The notes: generated from the sequence alone by a model not told the origin. A DNA stretch of 64,000 bases from Octopus bimaculoides (GCF_001194135.2 NC_069003.1:10756182-10820181); one strand, 5' to 3'. Shown: positions 26,346 to 39,956, counted from the first letter of the stretch. Made by a program: numbers and translations.

Positions 26346-28439
26346 ATATATATATATATATAAACACACACATAGACAAAACGATGGTAAGTTTTTTTTA
26401 TACACGCCTAATAGAAGCCTATATAAAGGCTCCTGTTTGGTCTATATAAAAACAACTTAAAAGGAAGCGAGTTGTGACGCTCAATAAGCTACTCCAAAGC
26501 AAAATATGATGAAATGTAATTTGAAAGTCCAGCGTAATAAATAAATAAATAAACCTGGGTCGTTGCCCACACAACCGGTCTAGCCGTGCCCCTTACCCAC
26601 GACTTTGAATTTCCTTCCTCCGGTACCTTAGACCAGCAGATAAACTGCATTGAAGCTGAGTTTGCGGCCGAGACTCTTCGGCTTCAATTCGAACCCTGTA
26701 CGTGCCGATTTACTTAGACTAATTATGTCTATAAGAAGAAAAGACGAACATCAAAGGATCGAATAAACACTTCCTAATAAAAGATTTGCATGCAGACACA
26801 CAATGATATGTATGTATGTATGTGTGTGTATGCGGATGCATACACACACATACATACATCAAAGCACTTGGGTTTTCTAAAAAGAAGAAAGGATATTTCT
26901 TAACAAAAGCAAAACATTTATAGAGATCCTTACCGGAAGAATAGCAATTAATGTTGAACGAAGACTTAATGAAAGACGTAACGACTAAGACACTGTGTGA
27001 AGAATAAAAATTCGATAATAAAATAAGTGCCTGGTATTTTCAGGTAGGTTCCTGGATTCCGGACCAATTAAGTCCGGTCACGTCCGGGCTCTCTTTTCTG
27101 ATTGCACTATCACCGCTGGTGCCACCAGCATCAGCATCACCAACAACTGTAATGCATGCTCGTTTCTGGTCGCTTTTTTTTTTATTTCTTCTTCTGAGTT
27201 CAAACCATTGGCCACTCAAGACTACTTCCGAGTTAAGTAGCAGCCTTAACTTACACCAAACGAACCTGGATGAATGAAAAGGCCAGGCCGAGACTCCGGT
27301 GACATATCAACTCAGAAACGGAAAGGGAGATGCCTTGCCATTATGTATTTAGTTACGTCCCCTTTAAGAATGTTTTTTATTCCCCTTTTCGCTTAAAAAT
27401 TTCTTTTTTTTAATTTTTAGTTCCAGCCCCTATCCGGACCGGCTTTATTTTGTCACCATTATTCTGTAATCAATAATAATAAAAAAAAATAAGAATTTGG
27501 GGGTGGAGTCCGATTCGATCGATTACATCCTTACCGACGGTTTTACGTAGAAAAAAAAATTATTTAGAAAGAAATTTTTTTCTTTATCAGAAAAAGAATC
27601 TGCTGATGATCGCCCTGGGTTCACGATCGAACCGGGTAAAGTGTGCGACCCAGTTTTTGTTCAGCTACCGGCATGGAGAACCATTTCGATTCGTTTCTCT
27701 TTAAAACGTACTTCACAAACAACGATATTTAGAAATGGAACACCACAAGGAAAACGAAGAAAAACAAATGACCATCACAACTTTGCATTCTCCGTTCTCA
27801 TACACACACACACACATATATATTATATATATATGAATGAATTTCGCACTTTATTTACTACGTACAAAGTTGCCCTTGTTACGAATGAAATAAAAATTAA
27901 GAAAAAAACATTAATTATTCTTAGAATAAAAGTAGGGAACAAAACAAAAAGAAAATTAAACAATTTCTCTAACATCGTATTGTCTTTCACCGTTTNNNNN
28001 NNNNNNNNNNNNNNNNNNNNNNNNNNNNNNNNNNNNNNNNNNNNNNNNNNNNNNNNNNNNNNNNNNNNNNNNNNNNNNNNNNNNNNNNNNNNNNNNNNNN
28101 NNNNNNNNNNNNNNNNNNNNNNNNNNNNNNNNNNNNNNNNNNNNNNNNNNNNNNNNNNNNNNNNNNNNNNNNNNNNNNNNNNNNNNNNNNNNNNNNNNNN
28201 NNNNNNNNNNNNNNNNNNNNNNNNNNNNNNNNNNNNNNNNNNNNNNNNNNNNNNNNNNNNNNNNNNNNNNNNNNNNNNNNNNNNNNNNNNNNNNNNNNNN
28301 NNNNNNNNNNNNNNNNNNNNNNNNNNNNNNNNNNNNNNNNNNNNNNNNNNNNNNNNNNNNNNNNNNNNNNNNNNNNNNNNNNNNNNNNNNNNNNNNNNNN
28401 NNNNNNNNNNNNNNNNNNNNNNNNNNNNNNNNNNNNNNN

Positions 28440-28440
28440 N

Positions 28441-28483
<43 letters not shown>

Positions 28484-29602
28484 TGCAAGCACAGATACGG
28501 AAAACAAGTGGCCGATAGAGTCAAAAGTGAACTGGAAAGTTCTTTTAAACTACTCCACATCATGTAAGGAAGACATGGGTAAAAATATAGTATGTGCTCT
28601 ACCACTCGTTAACCGATTATTCCCAGGGAAATTACTGGTACTTCAACATGAGTAACTATAAACATATATGCATATATTTACATGCAAACACAGTCATACA
28701 TACAAACACATATGCATACATTCATACCTACACACACACACAAACAAACCAGTATGCTTATTTGTTCAAACATTTATACACACACACATGCACATACACC
28801 GCCCATGTATGTATGTATGTATGTATATATACGCACAGACAGTTCAAGCTTATTCAGATATGCATTTTTTTTTGTTTTGGGAAATATGGGGTGAACTGGT
28901 TCAGAATATATATCTAAGCAGAGAAAAGCAAAACTAACAATAAATAGATTCTAGAAATCATTTAGAAACACCCAACACATACAATAGCTATCTATGCATG
29001 AATGAAAAAAGGCAAAGACTTCGCTCATACAGACATGTATTTATACGTTTGCGTATATAAATATCACATATATACATAATCACACGCACATCCAAACGGC
29101 TTTCAAGTGTGCTATTATCATTATTATTAGTTATAGCATTCACGGTTTTTAAAAAGACTGAAAAGAAACGAGGTGGGACACAATTGATTTACTTAATATA
29201 AAAGACAAAAGGTTCCAGAAAAATAGCTAGAATCCTTGAGTACATATATATGTGTGCGTTACGTATGTATAATATGAGTTAACCTTATTGGCAAGAGAAT
29301 ATTAGCTGATATCGTCTATAGCAAAGTATTCTATATCCTATTATTACATACTTATTTGGCATTCAGCATACACACACTCACACCTTTTTGGTGATATTCA
29401 CTCCCTACGTATGAATGAGACACACACACATTATATATATATATAACTCATTCATTAATACCGAGATATGTTCAGATTAAATACATGAATAAAATTAGGG
29501 GAAAAATCATCGTTACGGCAGTAAATGTAAATTAATGAGACGGGTGCTTTTTTTTTTGTTGTTTTTAACAGCGGTTTTATAAATGCACTGTGTCTATGTA
29601 TG

Positions 29603-29680
<78 letters not shown>

Positions 29681-30233
29681 AACATTGTCATTTATTTACC
29701 TATTCATATACCCAAAACACACACACACATTATATATATATATATATATATATAACGGATGTAGGCAGACAGATTGCTAAAGAAAGTCAGATCTGGAGAG
29801 AATCAGATATAGATAGACAGATGGTTAGAGATAAACGTGAATAGAAACAGGTTTAAATATATTTGAGATAGAAATAGGTAGTGGAGAGATATGGACATAG
29901 ATAGATACATACATACATATATACATACAAACACTGGTACATAGACAGATAGGTGTATAGGTATATAAAAACATGTAGAGATAGGTCGGTATGTAGGTAG
30001 GTGAAGATATACACAGATAAGGAAATGTATATAGAGACAGATAGGAATATATAAGCAGGTATGGACAGATAGAAAGATAGAGGGATTGAAGGCACCTAAA
30101 ATACAGATAAATAGACACATACGTACATGCAGATGGGGATATATAGAGAGATGGGAATATATAAGCTGACAGACATATAGAAAGAGGGAGGGACTGAAGG
30201 TATATATAGAAAGTGATAGAAATGTATACAAGT

Positions 30234-30309
<76 letters not shown>

Positions 30310-30539
30310 GGATGAAATAAAACGGATGGCAGAGAGCAGCATTTTCTTTGGCATCATGAATGATCAACATGAAGACCGACTGAAAGAAAAGAAAAAAAAA
30401 TGAGACACTCAGGAACTAACACACACACAAACAAGAGATGATGGTGAGACAGATAGACAGACATACATGAAACGGATTCGTACATCACACACACACGTAC
30501 CTGTCTGTACTTATGTACGTATGTGTGTGTGTGTGTGTG

Positions 30540-30575
<36 letters not shown>

Positions 30576-30714
30576 CATCCATCCTCTATGTCTGCATATA
30601 TGTATATATATATATATATGTATGAATATATATCACTATGTATATATCTATTTTTATGTACCTTCAACCCTTCATCTATACATACGCATGTCTGTATCAC
30701 TTTGAGGTATACGT

Positions 30715-30766
<52 letters not shown>

Positions 30767-30972
30767 NNNNNNNNNNNNNNNNNNNNNNNNNNNNNNNNNN
30801 NNNNNNNNNNNNNNNNNNNNNNNNNNNNNNNNNNNNNNNNNCACATTAAGAAAGTAAATAACTAATAATAATAATCATCATCATCATAATACTTAAACAA
30901 CAAAATTCTAATGAAGAGGGAGCACTTATAGCCATCCATACATATATAGACATCCATACATATATATATAAA

Positions 30973-31014
<42 letters not shown>

Positions 31015-32031
31015 GTATATAAATATGGAATGAATGAATATCTGATCGTGAGAGACATATGTTATGAAAGCAATTAAAAGTGATACGATAAATTAGGGAA
31101 ATAAATATATGCATAGATATAATGGTTTTGTTTTTGTTTTTTTCTGAACAATACCTTTAAAGTCATCTTAACTTTCCACCTCGAGTGAAACGGGAAGTCC
31201 AACACAAGGCGCCATCATACAATGCTTATGACGACACAGATAACTCGACCAATCAGATCTCGGTGACGGTGGAAGGGAGGCAGATCATGTTTTTAATGGG
31301 TGTATGTGATACATAGACGTGTACGTCTGTGTGTGTGCGTGTATGTGTAAGTCAGTGCGTGAGTGTGTGTATGTAAACATGTGTGTACTTAAGTATATGT
31401 AAGTGATGTGTGTGTGTTCGTGTGCACTTATGTCTTNNNNNNNNNNGTATGTGTAAGTCAGTGCGTGAGTGTGTGTATGTAAACATGTGTGTACTTAAGT
31501 ATATGTAAGTGATGTGTGTGTGTTCGTGTGCACTTATGTCTTGTGTTATATTTGGGGAGCTTGTTATGTTATATATATTTATTTTATATATATATTTGTT
31601 TCTTCTTTTCATTGGTTTTTTTTTCTCTTCCAACAGACTTCCCTTCAGGAACGAGGCTGTTCACTTTTAGTTCTCTTAGCAATAGTTCGTCGTTATCCCC
31701 TGTCACATTTACCAACATATATATGTGTGACGTATAACATGTGCGTTTTAGTATGTATATGTATCACCTGTAGGGCCCATTTTTCTCTATGCATGTATAT
31801 ATGTTATCATGTATGCACGTATGTGTGTGTAGATAATACACACACGTGGATGTAATGTATGTTTTTTGTGTGTCTATGTGTGAGAGAGAGTGCAGTACTT
31901 TTATGACAGAAGTTCAGTCAGTACATTGCATTGGTCTTGTTGAAAACATGACAACCTCACTGGTGCTGATGTCAGTACATTCTGTAAAGTAGTTAGTGTC
32001 GAGGTGGGTATCTGGCTGTAGAAATCATTTG

Positions 32032-32063
<32 letters not shown>

Positions 32064-32515
32064 CCTTTGACATGACCAGGAGGCAGGGACAGAGAGTAAG
32101 AACCGACTTGGAACATGATGTCCTGTCCAAACCATGCCAATCTGGAAAGCAGATGTAAACTGGTGATGCTACTAATGAGGATGATGATGGTGGTAATGAT
32201 GATGATGATGATGAAGAGGAGGAGGAGGAGGAAGAAGAAGAGGGGGCAGGTTGATGACAGTGATGATGATGATGACTATGACAGTGAAAATGATGATGAT
32301 GATGATGATAGTGATATATATCATCATCATCATCATCATCAACATCATCATCGTTTAACGTCCGCTTTCCATGCTAGCATGGGTTGGACGATTTGACTGA
32401 GGACTGGTGAACCAGGTGGCTACACCAGGCTCCAGTCTGATTTGGCAGAGTTTCTACAGCTGGATGCCCTTCCTAACACCAACCACTCCGAGAGTGTACT
32501 TAAGTATATGTAAGT

Positions 32516-32553
<38 letters not shown>

Positions 32554-34054
32554 TGTATGTATAATATACACACTTTTTTTTTACCGTGTCCTCATGTTAT
32601 TTATAATTTTTGCACTGCATATATACATATATATATATATGTATGTATTGTGAAGGCGCGTGGCCTAATGGTTACGCTGTTGCACTCATGATCGCCAGAT
32701 CATGGGTTCGATTCCCTGACTGGGCAGCATGTTGTGTTCTTGAGCAAAACACTTCATTTCACGTTGCTCCAGTACCCCACTTCAACCAGGGGCGGGGTAA
32801 CATTGGTCTGCTGACCTAGTCAGTAGGGTGGTGTCATTTGAAGGCTAAAACAAGGCAAAAGTGGATTGTGACCAGCAATGTGTAACAAGATCTGATAGCC
32901 TGGTCGGCCACACGATCACATGATGTGTACATATGAGTTTGTGTGTCTTTATGGCTGTCTTTATGTTAACAGACTTGTGTGATTAAGAAGCTTGCCTCCC
33001 AACCACATGGTTTTAGGTTCAGTCCCACTGTGTGGTACCTTAGGCAAGTGTTTTCTTCTATAGTCCAGATCCATGTGAGTGGATCTGGTTGATGGAAACT
33101 AAAAGGAGCCCATTCTGTGTGTGTGTGTACATATATATATAGAGATAGCAGTGTACTGAAGTAAATGAACCACTGACTATGTATATATGAGATTACTGAG
33201 AGAGGAATTGGGACCATGGAGACAAGTTGCATATGAAGTGAGAGGTGCATATCTCATTTGTAACACTTCACATGCAAATACAGGATTATTAACCATCTAG
33301 TCCACTTTGCTGAGTGGTTGAAGTTAGGAAAGGTATCCAGCTGTAAAAATCCTACCAAAACAGTCACAGAAGTCTGGTGCAAGCTTTGGCCTGGCTGGCT
33401 CTTGTGGTACCATCCCAGCCATACTAGCATAGAACACAGACGACAATAATAATAATAATAATAAGAAGAAGAAGAAGAAGAAGATGAAGAAAAAAAAGAC
33501 GACAAAGAAGAAGAAGAAGACGATGACGATGAAGAAGAAGAAGAAGAAGAAGAAGAAAAAGAATCATTTCCGCTATAGGTACAAGGGCCAGCAATTTTGA
33601 GTAGAGGGGGCAAGGCAAGACCCCAGTACTTGACTGATACTTTATTTCATTGACTGTGAAGGATGAAAGGCAAAAATGTTGATCNNNNNNNNNNNNNNNN
33701 NNNNNNNNNNNNNNNNNNNNNNNNNNNNNNNNNNNNNNNNNNNNNNNNNNNNNNNNNNNNNNNNNNNNNNNNNNNNNNNNNNNNNNNNNNNNNNNNNNNN
33801 NNNNNNNNNNNNNNNNNNNNNNNNNNNNNNNNNNNNNNNNNNNNNNNNNNNNNNNNNNNNNNNNNNNNNNNNNNNNNNNNNNNNNNNNNNNNNTTATTGA
33901 CCTCCGAAAGGATGACAGGCAAAGTCGACCTCGGTAGAATTTGAACTCAGAATGTAAAGATGGATAAAATGCAAACTAAGCATTTTGCTTGGTGTGGTAA
34001 CAATTCTGCCAGGTTGCTGTCTTATACCCTCATGGTAATAATAATAACAATAAT

Positions 34055-34104
<50 letters not shown>

Positions 34105-34400
34105 TGATGATGATAATGGTTTCAAATTTTACCACAGAGATAGCTGTTTTGGGGGAAGGGACTAGTTGATTACATCAACCCCAGTGTTTCCCTAGTACTT
34201 AATTTATTGACCCCGAAAGGATGAAAGGTAGTCGACCTCGGTGGAATTTGAACTCTGAATGTGAAGACAGATGAAATACCACTAAGCGTTTCACCCAGCA
34301 TGCTAATGATTCTGCCATCTCGCTGTGTTGGTAATAATAATAATAATAACAACAACAACAGCAACAACAACAACAATAATATTAATAATAATAATAAATA
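28440..34400. repeat. Microsatellite-dense tract: (TA)n, (CA)n, (GA)n, degenerate (AGAT)n, (GAT)n, (GAA)n, (AAT)n
   Basis: Directly visible; explains the IYIY, CVCV, poly-S/E/D and poly-I ORFs in this interval. Confidence 0.95.
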
Positions 34401-34789
34401 GAAGTAACTTGAATGTGGAGCCTAAAAACAGAAACAATTCCTATCATAGTGGGTGCATTAGGTATGATAAAAAATCATTCAGACAAATACATAACAAAAA
34501 CACCAGGACTAACAAATATATATAATATACAGAAAATAACACTACTAGGCACCGAACACATCCCACAAAAAACACTTTCAATACAGTAAAAATGAGAGCA
34601 CCACAACAAACCACAGCACATACCCAAGGCTCACAGAGCTGTGCTCGGTACTGAAGTGAAAGGTCGTGATAAAAATAAGACTACTGAATAATAATGTTTT
34701 CTTTATATTAACCACTAAGGGTTCATGCAAAATAGTGGGGACAGTGCAGGACAATAACATGTGGGGTTACATAAAAGGTGTGTAAAAAA

Positions 34790-35105
34790 TAAAAGCCATA
34801 ACAAAATAAAATTATATCACTGAATAATTCCTCAAAAGAAGGAGACTTCCTAAGGCTGCTCATGGAGACTCTACAAAACCATGGTTGTTCTGACCACTAG
34901 GGCAAGTGCCCTCTTCACATTGTCTTTCTTCAGCCTTACAAGCACATACTTAGAGGAGGCCTATTCACTCGAGTCATTCTTACATTCACCCACCTTTTAA
35001 CAAGTACTGGGATGCAGTACTTCCCTCACTTTCCCTTCCAAGTAAAACTTGAAAAAGTTGATAAAGGCTGGGTCAAAAGGAGAGTGTCTGTCTTCAGCCT
35101 TCATT
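34790..35105 (-). mobile_element. Second, more decayed L1/Tx1-type 3' fragment related to 37975-38500
   Basis: Shared blocks acattcacccacctt, aaacttgaa and agtgtctg in the same order and spacing. Confidence 0.55.
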
Positions 35106-35195
35106 TCACATTGCTCCAGTGCACTCAGCTAGCAAAAGTAAGTAAATCCTAAGATGAACTGGCACCCCATCCAGGAGAAAATATATATATGTATG

Positions 35196-35273
<78 letters not shown>

Positions 35274-37269
35274 CATCAGAAAATCAAGGAAATTGGCCTT
35301 ATGAGCAATACGGGGCAGTGACACACGTGGCTTCTGATTTAAGCTGATGGGAAGTGTTAATATGTACATGCCTTGTCATGGTGTAAAAGATGAGTTACAT
35401 CAAATATCCTGCTCAATACCANNNNNNNNNNNNNNNNNNNNNNNNNNNNNNNNNNNNNNNNNNNNNNNNNNNNNNNNNNNNNNNNNNNNNNNNNNNNNNN
35501 NNNNNNNNNNNNNNNNNNNNNNNNNNNNNNNNNNNNNNNNNNNNNNNNNNNNNNNNNNNNNNNNNNNNNNNNNNNNNNNNNNNNNNNNNNNNNNNNNNNN
35601 NNNNNNNNNNNNNNNNNNNNNNNNNNNNNNNNNNNNNNNNNNNNNNNNNNNNNNNNNNNNNNNNNNNNNNNNNNNNNNNNNNNNNNNNNNNNNNNNNNNN
35701 NNNNNNNNNNNNNNNNNNNNNNNNNNNNNNNNNNNNNNNNNNNNNNNNNNNNNNNNNNNNNNNNNNNNNNNNNNNNNNNNNNNNNNNNNNNNNNNNNNNN
35801 NNNNNNNNNNNNNNNNNNNNNNNNNNNNNNNNNNNNNNNNNNNNNNNNNNNNNNNNNNNNNNNNNNNNNNNNNNNNNNNNNNNNNNNNNNNNNNNNNNNN
35901 NNNNNNNNNNNNNNNNNNNNNNNNNNNNNNNNNNNNNNNNNNNNNNNNNNNNNNNNNNNNNNNNNNNNNNNNNNNNNNNNNNNNNNNNNNNNNNNNNNNN
36001 NNNNNNNNNNNNNNNNNNNNNNNNNNNNNNNNNNNNNNNNNNNNNNNNNNNNNNNNNNNNNNNNNNNNNNNNNNNNNNNNNNNNNNNNNNNNNNNNNNNN
36101 NNNNNNNNNNNNNNNNNNNNNNNNNNNNNNNNNNNNNNNNNNNNNNNNNNNNNNNNNNNNNNNNNNNNNNNNNNNNNNNNNNNNNNNNNNNNNNNNNNNN
36201 NNNNNNNNNNNNNNNNNNNNNNNNNNNNNNNNNNNNNNNNNNNNNNNNNNNNNNNNNNNNNNNNNNNNNNNNNNNNNNNNNNNNNNNNNNNNNNNNNNNN
36301 TATATATATATATATATATACATATACATACACACACACACATAAACACACATACACAGACACACACAGATTAATTGATAGATAGATAGATATATAGATA
36401 GAGACATACATACATACATGCATACGTGTTTATTTTTATATTATGTTTATATACAAAACCAATTTAACATTAAACTGAAAGATGACTCAATACTTTTAGT
36501 TTAGTACATGTTTATATGTTTATTAGACCTTCACAAGGGAAAGGTTAACTGTGACTTCAATGTTTTGGTTTGCTTGCCTTCCTCAATCTATCTATCTATC
36601 TATCTATCTATCTATTTGTCTGTCTGTCCATCTCTCTATCTATCTGTCCGTCTGTCTCTATCTTTCTGCCTATCTGTACATACATACATACATGCATACA
36701 CACGAATATGTTTAGTCCCATACACATCAGAGCTCGCTATATATGCTTTTTCTTGCATCCAAACAAACAGTTTATTTCACCTTTCCAATTCTCACACAAA
36801 GAAGAAAATTTAATGACTGACTGGATAGTTTTCAGTCAGCTTATTCTGGATATACAGAGTAATTTGGTCTACAGAGAGAATATTACATCGACCTCAGTGG
36901 TACTTAATTTATCGACTCCAAAAGGATGAAAGGCAAAGTCGACTTCGGCGGAAATTGAACTCAGAACACAAAGACAGATGAAATACCGCTAAGCATTTCG
37001 CCCGGCGTGCTAACGTTTCCGTCAGATCGTCGCCTTCTACTGGTAGAATATTGTTGTTATGACAGGCGAACCTATGTCGACAGTTTACGAAATTCAAGCA
37101 TTACAATAGTATAAGGGAGGTAACTCTATATGAATCGAAGTTATTTTAGTTCTGAGTATTTGTGTATTTGAATTCTTGTAAACTAAAAAACTACATATTA
37201 TACTTGATACGAACGTATGATTTACAAATATAGGGAAGAGCGTAAAATTAGAGATATATAGGAACTGAT

Positions 37270-37850
37270 AATACAGGTAGTGGATGCCCTGATCTAGTAC
37301 TAGGCCGTGGCTCCCATGGCTTTTGATCTTAACTGATTAGAAGTGTTATGTACATTGTTGTGTCTTGGTATAAAAGATGGGCTACAGCAAATATTCTGCT
37401 CAATAACACAGATTTGCTTGTCAGTTGCTTGATTTTAACCAGTTGAGCATGTCCCTTGGTGGCTGACAGTATGTGCATCTCTGATCACGAGCAGAAGTAG
37501 TGGGGGAGCATCATAGCCATGTGTTGAGAGGAATTCTTTGGGGTTTGGATAATTTACCTTTGGAAACATGGGTGTTTTGTTCATCATCCTTAAACAAATC
37601 TTATTCAGGGACTTTTGAGCAGGATGGGCTACTCGACCTGAAGAAAATTCTAACTGGGCCCCACTTGCAATGTCATGCGCTGTTTATCTTGGTATGAGAT
37701 CACCATGTCACGCATATATGGTTGTGATGCATGTGCCTAGTGTACCCTTATCAGACGGGTAGTCATGATGGGTATACTGGGCTTCGTATATTTGTACTCC
37801 AGTGTCACTTTGATGTCATGCGCTACTCTCTCCCTCACTCACTCAATAAT
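37270..37850 (+). repeat. Interspersed repeat of unclassified family; inverted partial copy at about 38870-39140 and a short copy at about 35290-35420
   Basis: gcagaagtagtgggggagcatcatagccatgtgttgagaggaattctttggggttt is reverse-complemented at 38942-38997. Confidence 0.75.
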
Positions 37851-37974
37851 AATAATGATAATAATAATAATCCTTTCTACTATAGGTACAAGGCCTGAAA
37901 TTTTGGGGGAGGGGAGTAGTCAATTACATCTCCCCCACCCACCCCACAATGTTTCACTTGTACTTAATTTATCG

Positions 37975-38500
37975 AACAATAAAAAACAATATAAATTAAA
38001 CAATGTAAAGCTCCCAATAGGAGAGGCGCTTTAAAGGTCCTCGTGGAAAAACCCACAAAAGCCATGAATGTCTGATCTTTTATTTTTACAGGTGTATACT
38101 CAGAATTGATCCTTTCACACTGGCCATTCTTCCAACATTCACCCACCTTTCAATAAACTTGCTAGAAGTCAACACTTCCTTATCCACTCTCAATTCATTC
38201 TTCAGGTGAAACTTGAAGAAGCTAATGAGGGCTTGGCCAAAGAGGAAAGTGTCTGACTTTAGCCCTTTCAAGCGACTCCACCATACTATCTCTTTCGTTA
38301 CAGCCACCAGACAAATTAAAAATTGCTTGCCTCTCCCGGCCAAATGGGGGTGGCGAGGCAAACTTCACTATGGATTCAGCTGATAGCCGGGTCTGTCCTA
38401 CACGCGACAGAAGGTGTTCGACATAAACCCACAGGTCAGCAATGCACGGACACTAGACGAGAGCGTGCAGAACGGTTTCGTCACTCTGCTCGCACCTTGA
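37975..38500 (-). mobile_element. Decayed 3' end of an L1/Tx1-type LINE (zinc-knuckle C-terminus plus 3' UTR)
   Basis: Minus strand RCEQSDETVLHALV*CPCIADLWVYVEHLL (CxxC..ET..H...C zf-RVT pattern), a frameshift, then KEIVWWSRLKG...FFKFHLK...RW. Confidence 0.75.
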
Positions 38501-38575
38501 TAATCCTTTCTGCTATGAACACAAGGTATTAATTTTTGTGGGAGGAGGCTAGTCTCAACTAGTATTTATTTTATC

Positions 38576-38774
38576 GGTAAATTTTCAGATTAACACCCGC
38601 ACGATTTTCACTAGGGTGTTAGGGTTAGCGTTATTTTTGGGGTTAGGGTTAGGGTTTTAGTGTCAGGGTTAGGGAATTCCGTCCCTAACCGTAACCGTAA
38701 CCCTAACCCCTAACCGTAACCCTAACCCTAACACCCTAGTGAAAATCGTGTAGGTGTTAATCTGAAAATTTACC
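38576..38774. mobile_element. 199-bp foldback MITE: 53-bp TIRs, 8-bp TSD (ATTTTATC), internal convergent telomere-type repeats; Merlin-like termini
   Basis: TIRs match at 51/53; ATTTTATC at 38568-38575 and 38775-38782; ends GGTAA...TTACC; TTAGGG on the left arm and CCCTAA on the right arm. Confidence 0.88.
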
Positions 38775-39739
38775 ATTTTATCGTCACCGAAAAGATGAAA
38801 AGACAAGTGTGGATATAAACGTACAGGCATAGTCAAGTGGTTAGGAAGCCCGCTTTGTATTTACAATCACGTAGTCCCTGAATAAGGTTCGTTTAAAGAT
38901 GTTGAGCAAAACACCCATGTTTCCAAAGGTGAATTATTCAAACCCCAAAGAATTCCTCTCAACACATGGCTATGATGCTCCCCCACTACTTCTGCTCATG
39001 ATCAGAGATGCACATATCGTCAACCACCAAGAGACATGCTCAACTGGTTAAAGGTCAAACAACTGACAAGCAAATCTGTGGTATTGAGCAGAATATTTGC
39101 TGTAGCCCATCTTTTTATACCAAGACAGAACAAGGTACATGTATTATTATTATTATTAGGGCGGCGAGCTGGGAGAATCGTCAGCACGCCGGGCAAAATG
39201 CTTAGCGGCATTTCGTCCGTCTTTACGTTCCGAGTTCAAATTCCACCGAGATCGACTTTGCTTTCATCTTTAAGGGGTCGATAAATTAAGTACCAGTGGA
39301 ACACTGGCGTCGATGTAATCAACTAGTCGCCTCCCCACAAACTTCAAGCCTTGTGGCTTTAGTAGAAAGGACAAGGTGTCTAGCAGCATTCGTTCAGGCT
39401 CTTCATTTTCTGAGTTCAAATTCTGGCAGGGCCGACTTTTGCCTTTCATCCTTTCGGGGTCAAGTACTGGGATCGATGTAATCAGTTTGCCTCCTCTTAT
39501 TAGAATTGCTGGTTTTGTGACAAAATTATAATTATTTGGGCCCAGGTCAGCTCTAAGCCAACAGACTGACGATCAAATAGTGTCCAGAGCAAGACCATTC
39601 CGTACATTTTCAGCGATATTTTTTTTCAGTATCTTAGAACTACGCGATCCAATGTGTCTTTTTACTTTAAGACTGTAGTAAGGTATGATTAGAGGGGGAT
39701 TTGGCCACTATTTCTAGTAGGACGAGAGATCATGCAGTG

Positions 39740-39910
39740 AATCTGTCTGCATATTTCTTTGTCTGTTCGTTTCTCTATCTCTCTTTCTCTCCTATTCTGT
39801 GTTTCTCTTTGAGTCTGTCTGTCTCTCATTTCTCTCTGTCTCTTTCTTTTTATCTCTGTTCCTTTCTTATTCTCTGTATCTTCCTTTCTCTCTTTGTCTC
39901 TGCATGTCTG

Positions 39911-39956
<46 letters not shown>

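Noticed and set aside
31341-31542. 96-bp exact direct repeat around a 10-N gap
   Set aside because: Typical unmerged contig overlap (assembly artefact).
32115-32396. ORF with poly-M, poly-R/K, poly-D and poly-H blocks
   Set aside because: Concatenated trinucleotide microsatellites running into an RTE-tail repeat.
38576-38774. Relic of a telomere-telomere chromosome fusion
   Set aside because: The TTAGGG/CCCTAA arrangement fits, but the exact 8-bp TSD, long TIRs and insertion into a SINE indicate transposition.
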